A DNA stretch of 61,326 nt, filler included, from Hausera hauseri (Eukaryota): NCBI GenBank assembly GCA_046269625.1. It is 11 parts of 11 records of this genome, joined end to end, with 100 filler letters (N's around TTAATTAATTAA, not from the genome) between each part and the next. Parts side by side here need not be neighbours in the genome. Positions count along the whole stretch, not along the records: positions 22,066 to 29,617 come from JBJURY010006901.1; positions 29,718 to 35,094 come from JBJURY010267619.1; positions 35,195 to 39,159 come from JBJURY010852966.1; 8 more parts are not named here. The stretch is one strand, 5' to 3'. Numbering within the stretch: the stretch's first letter is position 1; each line of letters opens with the position of its first letter. Positions 24,301-37,333 of this stretch are shown one piece after another. Both the position numbers and the translations under genes were made by a program. A model generated the notes under the pieces. The model was given only the letters and a program-made list of their open reading frames with translations, made no database searches and was not told where the DNA came from.

Positions 24301-24759
24301 TCGAATTCAAGGAACGGCTCCTCAGTTTGTAGATACTAATATCCTCTTACCACAAAGACAGATCAGTTCACACGGTGCCCATTTCAATTTAACAGCATTT
24401 GCTTCCAGTTAAAATTGTTCAGCGCAATAATTCTATATCAAAATCACATCGTCAATGCTTGGTCATGATGAAAATACTGTCATGGTGCTCAGCAAAACCA
24501 CAGTCAAACACAGGTTGGTGAAGTTCTTTTTACTAGTTTGCGCACACCGGTGCGGCCATCTTTTGCGCATTTACAAATCCTTCATAGCTCGCACCATTTT
24601 TCATTTTAAAGGTTTTTAAGCTCAAAATCTTTGGATATTCCTTTATCCCAATGATCACTTGCCACTGCTACCCCGACTGCACGCTCATACTTCTTGTTAA
24701 CACAGAAGGAAACTGCCAAAGTTCCCCATGCATTTCACCATTCTCATGGGATTACTTCG

Positions 24760-24989
24760 CTGCAACTCTCCCTCCTTGTTTTTAGCAATAATCAACACAT
24801 TACAACCGTTAAAGCTTCACTCAACGCCACAGGGCAGCTACTATACACATCTTTATCATCCTCACTCAACATGTCTAACTTTTATTTCACACATCGAGGT
24901 ATCGGTGTACATCCTGTCGACTCTTGTCTTTCGTATGGCACGAACGTCCAGTCACCTATCTTATACTCCATTTTCGCCTCCGGGGTGGA
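24760..24989 (+). other. Ubiquitin-like domain upstream of Gag, copy B (ends FRLRGG|S; one frameshift)
   Basis: LSLLVFSNNQHITTVKA..TGQLLYTSLSSSLNMSNFYFTHRG.. then, after a frameshift near 24945, TYLILHFRLRGG. Confidence 0.75.
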
Positions 24990-26003
24990 TCGGATCCCAA
25001 TAAATCCTTCTTGGATGACAAATCCACGAATACAGGCAACATCTATCGTTTGCCACAATCCCAACTGTCACGAGGTTCGTTAAATTTATCTTGTGTGGAA
25101 ATTTTCCTCGACAAAAACAACTCCAGCAAACCATGGTTCCAATTCCAACAACAGTGGCTAAAATCAAACAATATCACTGATTGTTTTGTGCGAGCCAATA
25201 GTCTTAATTCTTCTGCCTGCCAACATCAAGCAGCAGATTAGTAACATCTCCGAGCTGCTCCAATCCTCGACACCTTACGAGACACTCTGTGAAGCTGTAC
25301 TGCATGTAACGGTTCCTTCGATTGACAATATAATACAAAAGTATTTTAACGACCACGCGATAGGAAACCAAACGGCCATTCTACAGCTTAGCGTTCTAGG
25401 AGTGACACCTACTAATGACGCGGATTTAATTCGCCATTATTTCATATCATCTTTGCCCACCTCAATCACAGACTAGCTCACCGTTGTCGACAAGTCCACT
25501 GCTATCGAAAAACTGGCAATAATGGCTGACAAATTCTTTGAGGTTCTTCATACCAACAGTTTTCTTCCTATTGCGGCTGCAACCACATGCGTTCCAACTA
25601 CAGGCACAAAATTTTTTACTCAGCAATTGCGAATGATGCAGCAACAGTTTGACAAGTTACATCAGTCAGTTTCGGCCATTACTACCCAACTAAGTAATCT
25701 TAATTGGCTTCAACGAAGTGAAACCAAACCTTCAAGGGAGATAAGCATTTTCAGACACTCTACTCGATCCATTTTACCTGGCGGACGCATGACTTGCTTC
25801 TATCACACGCGATTTCGAAGGGATGGTAGGAAATGCTTTATGGGCTGTCGGTTCTACAGCGAACGGTACGCTGTGGATAACCCTCTTTGCGTCTATCACA
25901 ATAAGTTCCGGTCACAGGCTAGATCATGTGTGCCTGGTTGTAAACATTACAACGATAAATCTTCTCGTTTTTCTTCCGCTTCTTTCTTTTCTCCAAATCC
26001 TTC

Positions 26004-26075
26004 AAAAAATTAATAATGCCGCCAGATTTTACGGTATATTCTGGCGAAGGCAATATCCCTCAATCATCTGGCCGT
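26004..26075 (+). promoter_or_regulatory. -1 frameshift signal with predicted pseudoknot, copy B
   Basis: A AAA AAT TAA; stem GCCAGA(26021-26)/TCTGGC(26040-45); loop ACGGT can pair with GCCGT (26071-75). Confidence 0.85.
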
Positions 26076-29000
26076 TTCAACACAGCCTCTGCAGCTTTTC
26101 TGTTGAAAGATGCACTGTTATTCAGAGATGCTTCACATATCGACTTCCTTATAGACTTGGGAGCTGCCTTTTCGCTCCTTCCATTACCCTTCACTCCTAC
26201 ATCCACTATAATTTCCTGTCCACCTCTTTTCACTGCCACTGGTCAACCGTTGCACGTTGCATGAACCACGGAATTGACTTTCACATTCGCCAACTTGCCA
26301 GATAAGTTTGTCTGGAAGTTCCACGTGGCCAATATTAAATCGCCCATAATAGGCTCAGATTTTCTTGCCGCACATGACCTATTGGTCGATTGCAAATTCG
26401 GCTGTCTTTTAAGCAGGAACTCGATTGCAACTCCAAACATGTGTCTCGTAGACAATCTAGCTAGCAATTCATTGCATTCATCTGTGAACATGCTGAACGC
26501 TTCGTCATTTATAAAAAAACTTCCGAAAAAGTCGGTAATATTTCAATTATGAACGACAATCATAAATCTATTCTAAAACAAAAATCCAAATTAAACGCCG
26601 ACAGTATCGTTGCCAGTTGCTTTTCCTCAATTACTGGAGCTGTTCTTTCTAATAATATGCCTCAGTCATTCTTATCTGTGGACTCCGATCTTAAATAGTA
26701 CATCACAACGTCATGCTTTCGCCTAGTTAAAAGAGACATCAACTTCAAGCTCTCATCCTCAATTTATCATCAAATAGTAACAGAGCATCAGAGACATATC
26801 AAACAAAAGGTCATACCCTTGTCGCCACGTAGACGTAAAGCTGTGAAACAGGAATTTAATGAATTAGAAAGTTCTGGCATCATTCGGAGATCAAATTCAC
26901 CGCGTGCTTCTCCTCTTCATGTAGTGGTAAATAAAGGTGGTACCTATAGGCCATGTGGCGGCTATCGACAATTAAACAACCTAACTATTACAGATGCCTA
27001 TCCACTACCACCCATTAAGGATATTCATCATGGCCTCAATAATACCAATACCTATTCTACCATTGATCTGCACAAGGCCTACCATCAAATTCCTGTTGCA
27101 CTTGATGACATTCCAAAAATTGCTGTCATCACACCATTTAGCCTTTACGAATATATCTTCATGCCTTTCGGCCTACGTAGTGCATCTCAAACCTTTCAGC
27201 GCCATATTGATACCGTTCTTTCTGGTCTTGATTTTGTTTATCCATGCATAGATGACATATTAGTTGCTTCCAGCTCCATCAAACAACATCATGAGCACCA
27301 TAGAATTATTTTTCATAGATTGCACTAAAGAAACATGCAAATTAATTTCGCCAAATGCAATTTCTTCCAGAAACGCATCAACTTCCTAGGCCACATAATT
27401 ACTCCCGAAGGTCATTCGCCTTAGCCTGATCGCTTACAACAATTGAAAAATGTGAAATTACCAATTACCACTACCGATATGAGGGATTTTCTCGGGACAC
27501 TTCAATTCGTATACAAATATGTGCCACACTGCTCCGAACTAACTGCATCTTTCGCAGACCTCTCATCCGGGAAGAAAAGGCAACTAATCCATTGGATTCC
27601 CGATCTAGTTAACCAATTTGATCGCCTTCGTGATTGTCTGAAATCCGTTAAAATCCTGGTTTTCTAAAACCGAACGCGCAACTAATATTAACCACCGATG
27701 CCTCAACCACAGCCACTGGTGCGATATTACACCAAATACACAATGGTGTGGATGAATCGTTAGAATTTTATTCTCGAACGCTTACGCAAACAGAAAGCCG
27801 ATACTCAACATTCGATCGCGAACTCCTGGCCATAGTTCTGGCGGTAAAGCATTTTAAGCATTTGCTCCTATCACGTCAATTCGTCATCCAAACCGACCAT
27901 AAACTTCTACTTTATATCATGACATTAAAACAGCCATCATCCAGGCAAGCACGTCAGATATCATATCTGTCGACACTTAGTTTTTTTATAAAATATATTT
28001 CTGGCACCGAAAACTTAGTAGCAGATTTTCTGTTGCGATCGGTCAACTTAATTACATTTCAGTCAGTTTTCTCCTCTGAAGTCCTGAGAAGTAATCAGTT
28101 ATCATCTGATATTCTCCCAGCGTTTCAATCAGTTGCGAGCATTGATGACATCGCCTACGACACATCCAACTCGACTAATGAGAAAATCATTTTTGCTCCA
28201 TAGCTACAAAAGACAGCTTTCAATCACTTTCACTCTCTTCATCATAGGGTTCAAAAGCCAGATTTCGTCTACTGCAACTCCACGTTGTATGACCAACTAT
28301 GCGTACAGATGTACAGATCTGGGTTAATGGATGTGCAGCATGCCAGCAAAACAAGGTCCACAAACACCTCAAACCACCACTTTACCACTTCCCTTGCACA
28401 TGTCGTTTTGACACTGTTCATTTGGGTCTTGTCGGTGCTTTACCATCCGATAACGGCTATCAATATATCTTATCTATGTTGGATCGCGCTTCTCGCTGGC
28501 CGGAAGCCGTTCCTCTTCGATCAACGAATACCGACTCAGTTGCAAGTGCATTTACCAAGATATGGGTCAGCCGTTTTGGCTCACCACGTCACATCAAAAC
28601 GGACCAGGATCCGCAATTTGAAGCTGATCTTTTCAAATCTCTCGTAAAGCACTTTGGGATAGCCCATTTCCATACTACGCCTTACCATCTCCAAGAAAAT
28701 AGTCTTCTTTAGAGATTTCATCGCAGCATGAAGATTTCCTTAAAAATCCTGGAAAACAACAATCATAACTATACCTCAATTCTTCCCCTTGTCCTACTCG
28801 GTTGGCGCAACACTCCATCCACTACCACCGGCTATGTCCCAGCTGAAGCTCTCTTTGGGACACCAATTCATGCCCTATTTGAGCTCTCCAATCTCGATGA
28901 CAGCCGGTTGCATGAAGTTATTCGTGCGGCACAGTCACACTTTGTAGACGTCAACTCAAACGCATTTTTCCGCCTCACAAATAATGACAAATTTTATATT

Positions 29001-31519
29001 CCAGAGGACTTATACTCAGACAAGTTTGTATGGTTGAAGGATCCGTCACCTTCTGGTTTTCGGCCTCAAGACGTTGGTCCTTACAAACTACTCAACTTTC
29101 TTCGCACACCGCTACTATTTTACGCAAGGACAAACCTCAAAATGTATATATCTGTAACACCAGAATTCTTCGTTGGAGATGACCAGGATAACAGTCTTAT
29201 TTTGAATCCTAATTCTAACCTCTCCCTTCGAGCAATCTTCTAATTTCCTTGATGATTTTAATCCTTTGCAGCAATCACTTTCGCTCCACAATCAGCTCTC
29301 TTCACTTGCGTCACCATCCACTGCTCCGTTACCATTTACGTCGCCGTCGTCGCCTAAACATCTACTACTCATTTCATCTTTATCGGACGATTCGCTTCCA
29401 TCTTCTGTCACGCCTTCCTCGCGTGTTCCTTTTCCTTTTTCAGGCTCTTCTCCACTTTCACTTCTTCATGAAGCATTCTCCCAAAACAACACAAAATCTA
29501 CAGTACATCTCTTAGACAACTCCACAAGCACCAGTAGCATCTAACAGGTCACGCCGAGTGACATATAGTACTTATACCAGGGAGAAATTCATAGATGGAA
29601 CTCAATGTCTAACAGGTNNNNNNNNNNNNNNNNNNNNNNNNNNNNNNNNNNNNNNNNNNNNTTAATTAATTAANNNNNNNNNNNNNNNNNNNNNNNNNNN
29701 NNNNNNNNNNNNNNNNNACACTTATTAACATCACTTTTTCTAATTATCAAATGCAACTTTATTAAAATTTTGGTTGAAAAATATAATTTATCAAAATGAA
29801 AATTTTGTCAAAGTTTAAAATTTCTAAACGTACTGGGCGAGAGTTGAACAATTGCCAAACAATATCACATTGAAAACTTCCAATTGTGTTAATTTGATTT
29901 CATTGGCAATTTTATTTTCATATGTTTAATCTGCGTTATATTATGCACCTCTCTAACTGTGTTATTAAAAACCACATGTGCCTGAAAGAAATGTTTGCTT
30001 CTTAGTTCACATGACAATATAGTTGAACATGGACGAACTAAAGACATTCCCCGTGCACATTAATTCTTATCCCAATATTCAAGGCCAATTCAACGGTGAT
30101 GTCGCAAATGAACAAGTGCTTGAAAAGTTAATTTTTGAATATTTTTTGTAGGTTGCTTTGCTTCATTAGTAACTACTTTTCCATAATCGGCTTGCAATTT
30201 CTTCACTTGTGTAAGTGATATAAAAGTTTTGACACATTATTGAACGGTAAATTCATATTGAACTTATTCTAAAACGAGTTACCTCGTAACCGGGCAACAA
30301 AGTGCTAATATGCACCATAGTATTGAGAGAAATCATCACAAACCTATGAATCTTTTACGCAGAATATACGGAACTTCTTCATTATACGCACACTCAAAGA
30401 AAACAATAGGCAATGAAAATTTCATTCTGTCTTTGCTAATGTGCAGTCGAAATAAACATTTTCCTTTCAAATTCGCTCAATTGTATGCGAATGGTCGATC
30501 AAGTGCAAAAGGAGTTTCGTAAATTAGCGACCAATTATTGAAACATAAAAATACCGAATCCGTCTTCAATTGTTGACATGATTTACTCATTTACAAATTA
30601 CCAATTAAATCGAACCAAGGGTTTATGGAGTAAGAATAAATCCAATTAAAAATAATAATTATCAATTCTCTTCACAAATTTTACTATTTCCGTCGATTTC
30701 CTTCAGTTGCAATATAAGATTACTCAAGTCGATTCAAATCGATTCAAATCCGAATGATTAAGGTAATTTAATCCAATGAGAGCTTTCGATTCAGCAATAC
30801 AACTTTCATATCTTGACTCATCCTGATAATCCAATAGCCAATCGACATTGACAACGATATTGCTTTCCATACAAAAAATATAACCGGGAATTTTTCTCTT
30901 TTCTTCACCTTGAAACCATCTGGAATGTCCACGCCTAGTATATCGTTCCAAAACTGTTTCCCGGATAAATGAGTGGAATAACACGGAACATAAGTTTCGT
31001 TACCCATAATTACGAATTTCTCCCTGTAGGGTTTGAATTTCTTCTCCAACTCGCTCTGAGTCAAATCAGACTTGAATAATATAAACAGATTATCCGCATT
31101 TGTAGAGAGTTCTAACCTGCTCCCGAAACAGGTTATAATTCTTAGAGTTTCTACAAAAAATGGTCAAGAAGGATTTTAAAGAATTATGAGAATGATTAAA
31201 TTGCCAGTTTTTTCTAACCAGAACATTACTTCAGAAAAATCCAGTCTGCGCAGAAATTGAATAAAAAAATTGAATAAATTTTTTGATTAAAAATAGCAGA
31301 ACGCAGCTGAAAAATTTTTATTGCTTTTAACAAAAACAAAAAAAAATTTTTCCTCAGCAATTGTATCGTTGGGATGACGTTTGATCGGCTAAATCCCGAC
31401 TCCATAGTGGTCCCATTCTTGGTGATTGGTTCACTTGGGCGATGGCCAGCGCTTCGTGAAATCTGCTGTTTCTCCTTGGCTACTACTGTTTTTGTACGAT
31501 TGTCTGTGGCATATTGACT

Positions 31520-34500
31520 GTGAATTGAGTTGACGTCGCATTATTGTTGCAAGCGCAATACCCTAACCTGTTGAAACGCGCAACACAACCAACACAGAAA
31601 GAGGTTAAAACATCACACTTTCTCGTCACATCATGTGACCAACCGATTCGGCAACCCCGGAAGGAGCTTGACCCTGTTAAGAGAGCAGCTGCGTAAGCCG
31701 AATTCCGACACCTCCAAGAAACAGGCATCATACGCCGCTCCATATCACCGTCGGCATCACCATTGCACATGGTTCCAAAAAAGGACGGATCATACCGGCC
31801 TTGTGGTGACTATAGAATGCTAAATAACGTCACCACCCATGATTCATGCTCAACACCCTTGGTACCAGATATATTGCATCGTCTACATGGTGCAGCAATA
31901 TTTAACACAATCGATCTGTTAAGGGCATACCACCAGATCCAAGTGGCTACCGAAGACATTCCAAAAACGGCCGTAATAACGCTTTTTGGTTTGTTCGAGT
32001 ATCTACGTATGACTTTCGGCTTACGGAATGCAAGTCAAACATTCCAACGCCACATAGACCAAGTCCTCATCGACATGCCTTACGCAATCCCATATATAGA
32101 CGATATATGGATTGTATCACCCGATGAAGCGACTCACAAAACACATCTCGAACATGTGTTTCATAGGTTGAATGAAACCAACTTACAGTTGAACATAAAC
32201 AAATGTTCATTTTTCAAAACTGAAGCCGTATTTCTCGGACTTCGATTAACCCAACATGGTCACAGTCCACTTCCTGAGCGACTAAAAACAATCAAACAAA
32301 TACCTAAGCCATCCACAATGGCTGCACTTCGAAGTTTCCTTGGCACCATAAACTTCTGCCATCGCTACATTCTGCATTGTTCGAAAATCCTATCACCTCT
32401 ATCTACTGTAAGCCAAGGACCCAAAAAAATCCCAGGTAAATTGGACAGATGACGCTAAACAGGCATTTGCCAATGCAAAAATGGCGCTTCTACACCTACC
32501 TACACTACACTATCCTAAACGAGATGCACCGTTTATCTTAACAACAGATGCATCCACAATCGCTGTAGGTGCCATGCTTGCTTAATCAGTCGATAGCAAA
32601 AATGCTCCCATTGAATTCTTTTCCTACAAATTCAATTCGGCTGAGCAACGCTATTCAACCTTTGACCGAGAATTACTAGCCATAATCTTCAGTGTCAAAC
32701 ACTTCCGACATTTCCTCGAAGAAAATGTATTTACAATTCGTACGGATCACAAACCACTTATTCAAATGATGAGTATAAAGAACCCATCCTCTCGTCAAGA
32801 GCGACACATTTCATTTCTATCAGAATTTTCATTCCAGTTAAAACACATAACTGGAAAAGATAACACAGTTGCTGACTTCTTTTCAAGAACTGGGATATTG
32901 ACAATATCCTTTGACCCTATTTTCACGGAAGAGGTTCTCCGATCATACCCTCCACATGAAGACGACGTTAAGTTCTTCAACACAGTCGACACAAAGGATG
33001 GAATACATTACAATACCATCCTCAATGGTTGTCCACGCCAAATTCTGGCAGCACGCCTAAGGAAACAGGCGTTTGACACCATTCACAACATCCATCACAC
33101 TGGATCGAAAGCCACAGCTCGCTTATTAAGCAGTAGAGTTTGTTGGCCTCGTATGCTAAGCGATATAAAGCGGTGGACAAAAGAATCTTCGCTTTGTCAA
33201 CAATACAAAGTCAACAAGACTATAAAACCCCCAATCTTACACTATCCTACTGGCTCACGGTTTGAAACCATCCACATGGACAGAGTAGGACCACTTCTCG
33301 AATGTAACGGATATCAGTACATCCTAACCATTCTCGACCAAGAAACAAGATGGCCCGAAGCCATTCTAATCCGTCAAATAACAACGCAAAGCGTTGTGGC
33401 TGTATTGCTGAATACAGGGATCTCTCGGTCCGGAGTACCCAAAAACATTATAACAGATCAATATACCCAATTCGAGTCAGCCATGTTTAAGCAATTAACC
33501 AAGTCGCTTGGTTCAAAGCATATTCACACATCGCCCTATCATCCGCAGGCGAATGGTTTGATTGAACGATTTAATCGTACACTCAAATCATTCCTACGAA
33601 TTTTATGCCATGAAAACAAGAATTAGCTGGATGCATTACCCATCATGCTATTAGGATGGAGAAACACTCCGAACACTAGCACTGACACCTCTCTCTCTCA
33701 CAACTATTATTTCGTGCCCACCTTACATTACCATAAGATTTGGTGAGCAATGAGGAAGTAACTTCAATTCCTGCTCTCAACCAAACCCGGAAGCATTTCC
33801 TGTCAATAGACACAAATCCTGCATTCCACAACAATCACAAGAAACCAATCATGCCCAAGAACCTACAAGATGTATCTTTTGTCTGGCAAAAAAACCAACA
33901 AAGACACTGTCTTGAACCGTATTATACGGGCCCCTATAAGCTCATAGAAATCACTAAGCACAACGCCAAAATACTGCGCGACAATGAGGAACATATAGTC
34001 CACTTGTCTAACGTAAAACCAGCATTCAGTTATCATGATTCGGATACCAAATATCCTATAGAACAGAACATACCAAGCATGTCAGACGCAGACAAGCTTC
34101 GACAAAACTATGAAAAAATTGATCCATTTAATATGGACACTACAGTAACCTATAACCCAACCCCGGTCCAAACTGAAACAAATATTGGCCCAACGCCCAT
34201 ACTTCCGGAAACAAAACGTACGACCATACGTAGTCAAACCCCTGCCGCACCGGTATCAAGTCGCACCAGGAGTGCATCAAAGATACCCCGACTTCATTGA
34301 AGTCCTACCGTAACCAAACAGCAAATGCCCGATTGCATGCAGCATGCATGTCGCATCAAAGCAGGTGGGGATAAAGCCCAGTGTCGAATCGACACTCGTT
34401 CATACCACTTTTTATACACCACATACAACCAGGCGACTAACTAGAAGCTCGCTGAAAAGCCAAACAATTCTCCATTTGACACAGTTAGAACCGTTGCCCC

Positions 34501-34830
34501 ACTACGAATTTGCATTGTGCACAACCCTTTTGCAATGCCATTTCGTCGTCAATCGCTTAACACAAAACCCATCGACACGCCCCACCTTGATACCATTCAT
34601 TCACATACCTGGTTGCACGCAGCGTAGATGCTGCACCAAAACAGGTGGGGGTCAAACCCACAGTGCCGAGACCGGCACTCACTCATGCCGTTTTTAATAG
34701 GCAACGAGTACGCTAGATTCAACCATCTCTGAAACCCTAGCGGGTGCAGGAGCACTAAAGGATGTCGGGGAAAGTCGGGAAAAGATGCCGATTCAGCGCG
34801 GGTAAAAGAGGCACAAGGGTCTAACATCGT
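31520..34830 (+). mobile_element. Ty3/Gypsy pol (RT-RH-IN) of a related subfamily, 5'-truncated, with 3' non-coding region
   Basis: HMVPKKDGSYRPCGDYRMLN, DLLRAYHQI, FGLRNASQTFQR, YIDD; TTDAS, YSTFDRELLA; integrase IHMDRVGPL, YHPQANGLIERFNR, GPY motif (YTGPYK). Few stops. Confidence 0.93.
34325..34697 (+). repeat. Two diverged ~90-nt direct repeats (34325-34415, 34605-34697), each with conserved hairpins
   Basis: TTGCATGCAGCATGCATGTCGCATCAAAGCAGGTGGGG..AGTGTCGAATCGACACTC..TTTTT versus TTGCACGCAGCGTAGATGCTGCACCAAAACAGGTGGGG..AGTGCCGAGACCGGCACTC..TTTTT. Confidence 0.8.
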
Positions 34831-35196
34831 TCAATTCAGTTATATAAAAACTTCTAAATGCATCATTTGCAAATGTTGTATAAACATGATACAATTACCA
34901 TTTAAAATTAACAAAGGAAAGAAATTTTGACTAATTCTTAAATTTACAATTGAATAATTAGTAAACCAATATTTTAAAAGTACTACTATCAACAGATTAT
35001 TAGCAGACCACATGAACAATATTACGTAATTTTTGTATTCATTAAACAATACAAATAAACTAACGTGATGGCAGAGCAGCGCCTTTAAGAAATGNNNNNN
35101 NNNNNNNNNNNNNNNNNNNNNNNNNNNNNNNNNNNNNNTTAATTAATTAANNNNNNNNNNNNNNNNNNNNNNNNNNNNNNNNNNNNNNNNNNNNAA

Positions 35197-35343
35197 CTAA
35201 TATTTGAGAATGATCAAAGAATTCCAAATAAAATTTGGTTTGATAAAGAAGCAGGAATAAGATCAAAATATCTTGATAAATTATTACAGGAACATGATAT
35301 TACATTATACCACACTAATAGATTTAAAGTAATTTTTGTCTGA
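35197..35343 (+). pseudogene. Short retroviral-type integrase fragment, Polinton/Maverick-like
   Basis: LIFENDQRIPNKIWFDKEAGIRSKYLDKLLQEHDITLYHT resembles the R.P.K(L/I)W.D.G.EF...LL....I..Y.T segment of Polinton integrases. Confidence 0.55.
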
Positions 35344-35499
35344 GATGCACTATTAGTACTTCGGGATTTTCAAAATATTTATTTTTTAACTAAACAGAAT
35401 GCATCTTTGGAACAAGTAAACATTTTATATATGCCAAAGCAAGTCCAAAATTATGGGTAGTCTTATGAATATCTTTAATAATACTACCGTATAGAGATG

Positions 35500-35790
35500 T
35501 TATTTATCACACTTGTTAGTATTCCTTTATCTATCAGTATAATATTGTTTTATAAGCCCTCGAATTTTGTGAAAGTACCAAAAAATTAATATATCTCATT
35601 TGACCCAGGGAATTAAGCAAATCCTGAATATCATAAATAATTGCTCTCGGATCTGCATATTTCTCGGGTAACTTCATGGGTTCTTCTAATATTTTGATAA
35701 ATCTTTCTAAACATTGATTGACGCTATCATAATCGTCCCAAATATGAGAATCGCCGTCTTTAACGAATGTTCGAAATGTCATGAAGTGGT
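35500..35790 (-). pseudogene. ERH: Enhancer of rudimentary homolog, divergent or pseudogenised copy
   Basis: WDDYDSVNQCLERFIKILEE..IIYDIQDLLNSLGQMRYINFLVLSQNSRAY is collinear with ERH (YADYESVNECMEG..YEE..ITYDISQLF.FID.L.DL.CLV....TY). C-terminus disrupted. Confidence 0.8.
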
Positions 35791-36539
35791 CGTTTGTATA
35801 TACTAAACGAAACCGAAACTCAAAACAGAAACCGAAAGTGTTATAATTGTACAGTTGAATTATGAATTGTATGTAAATAATTAAATTCCAAGTCCAAACC
35901 ATCGTATCCAAATGGAAAGTACGAATAAACCGACAAATGAATCAATTAAAAATTCGAAATTTATTATGTAAATCTAAAAATGTAATGTAAATAAACGGAT
36001 CTCGACTGCTATATAAGTCGATGTACAGAGACAGTAGTTGTCACTGTTAATCAGTTAAATACAATTCAGCAAGTATTACTATTAGACAAATTTGTTCAGT
36101 TATTCCAAGATATCAGCAAATTTGACGATTTGTATTCGAGACATTGATTCCGTTGATTTGAACTTCCTTATGTTGCTGATCTGACATTCTTATTATTGGT
36201 ACGGTATAGTTGTTTTTATTTAAATAAATTATTGTATCTTAAAATCTTCTATAGTTTTTCCGTCACTCCTTACGAGGGACTTGTACCACACTAAGTTCTA
36301 AAATCATTTTAAAATCTATAGTTAAGACGAGAGTTTCATAATCTACGCAAGACACCGCACGCAGTACACGCATCATAAAATAGTGCAGACATTCTAACGA
36401 GAACGTAAAACTTATCTGCTTAAGTAATATTATCTCAAATTTGCATTTTACTCATTGTTATAGTTGGGTGTTGGATAGGGCCCACCTTCAACTACTAACA
36501 GTAGCCTTAATAAAACTGTCGCTAATGATCGATAAACAT

Positions 36540-37060
36540 CAGATGAATGGACAGACTGACATATTTACTAATTGACCTTCGTTCACCAATTTAACGTACC
36601 ATCGAGTATTTCTGTTGAAATTAAATAGATCAAAAATGTCTAAAAATATACCTATAACAACATATTTCTCCGAAGATACCATTTCAAATGTCCAGTTAAA
36701 TCTTCCATTTAAAATACCGATTTCTCCACTGGCTTTTCCTGTTGACATATGTCCGAAAAGGACTGGACAAAGACAATTTTCAAATCAATTACCACATCCG
36801 TCGAAAACCAAAAATCTTGTGGGAGAAATTATTTTGAGTTGTATCACACGTTATACTGCTCTAAGTTTAGTCAAGAAAAAAATTAAGAAAAATAAAACAT
36901 CGGCAAAATCACTCTGGCCACTTGATCCAAAATTTACAATCGTCAGTCCGGAGATGGTCGAGGTGACTCCCGATTCTACAAGGAACGAAAATTTCGATGG
37001 TCCGCAGAATTGTTTGCCCTCATCAACAGATAACTCACATATCTGTGTTCCATCATTTAT
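36540..37060 (-). pseudogene. Possible CUB/EGF extracellular-protein gene remnant
   Basis: CLCPVLFG followed by FNWTFEMVSSEKYVVIGIFLDIFDL resembles an EGF end plus the CUB W.I....I.L.F..FDL strand pattern. Weak. Confidence 0.3.
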
Positions 37061-37110
37061 ACATAATTTGGTTAGGGGACCGAGCGTACCCGCCCCCGCT
37101 GCGCCACGTC

Positions 37111-37333
37111 CCCTTTCCCTTCTTATTTTTTTATAATAAACATGTCTACACATTGAGGGTTACGCATAAACAAACGGCACATATTCTTTATTCTGAATTA
37201 TCCTCTTTTTTCGGCTTCTCCGATTTTTATTATGTGTTCAATGGTCTAATTTTCCTACCTTACGACTCTGTCATTTTTTACATCCGGGAAAAATTCCATG
37301 ACTCTCACTGTCCATTTTCGTACCCGCGGTGGA
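37111..37333 (+). other. Ubiquitin-like domain upstream of Gag, copy C (ends FRTRGG|S; one frameshift)
   Basis: FPFLFFYNKHVYTLRVTHKQTAHILYSELSSFFGFSDFYYVFNGLIF.. then, after a +1 shift in an A run near 37290, TLTVHFRTRGG. Confidence 0.75.

Larger units (their letters stand above)
24540..29617 (+). mobile_element. Ty3/Gypsy retrotransposon, CsRn1-like clade, copy B (Ubl-gag / PR-RT-RH-IN), degenerate
   Basis: Same architecture as copy A: HFRLRGG (RLRGG at 24975-24989), gag, two CX2HX9CX3C knuckles (25795-25941), FLIDLGA, RT (YRPCGGYRQLN, PFGLRSASQTFQR, CIDDILV), RNase H (YSTFDRELLA), integrase. 5' boundary approximate; no LTR recognised. Confidence 0.95.

Noticed and set aside
24930-24960. 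Programmed frameshift inside the Ubl domain (copies B and C both shift just before the last strand)
   Set aside because: The shifts go in opposite directions (-1 vs +1) and copy A is continuous, so ordinary decay is more likely.
29950-31150. Minus-strand coding-like remnants (e.g. ORFs 30724-31064)
   Set aside because: Probably further host-gene fragments, but I cannot identify the family.
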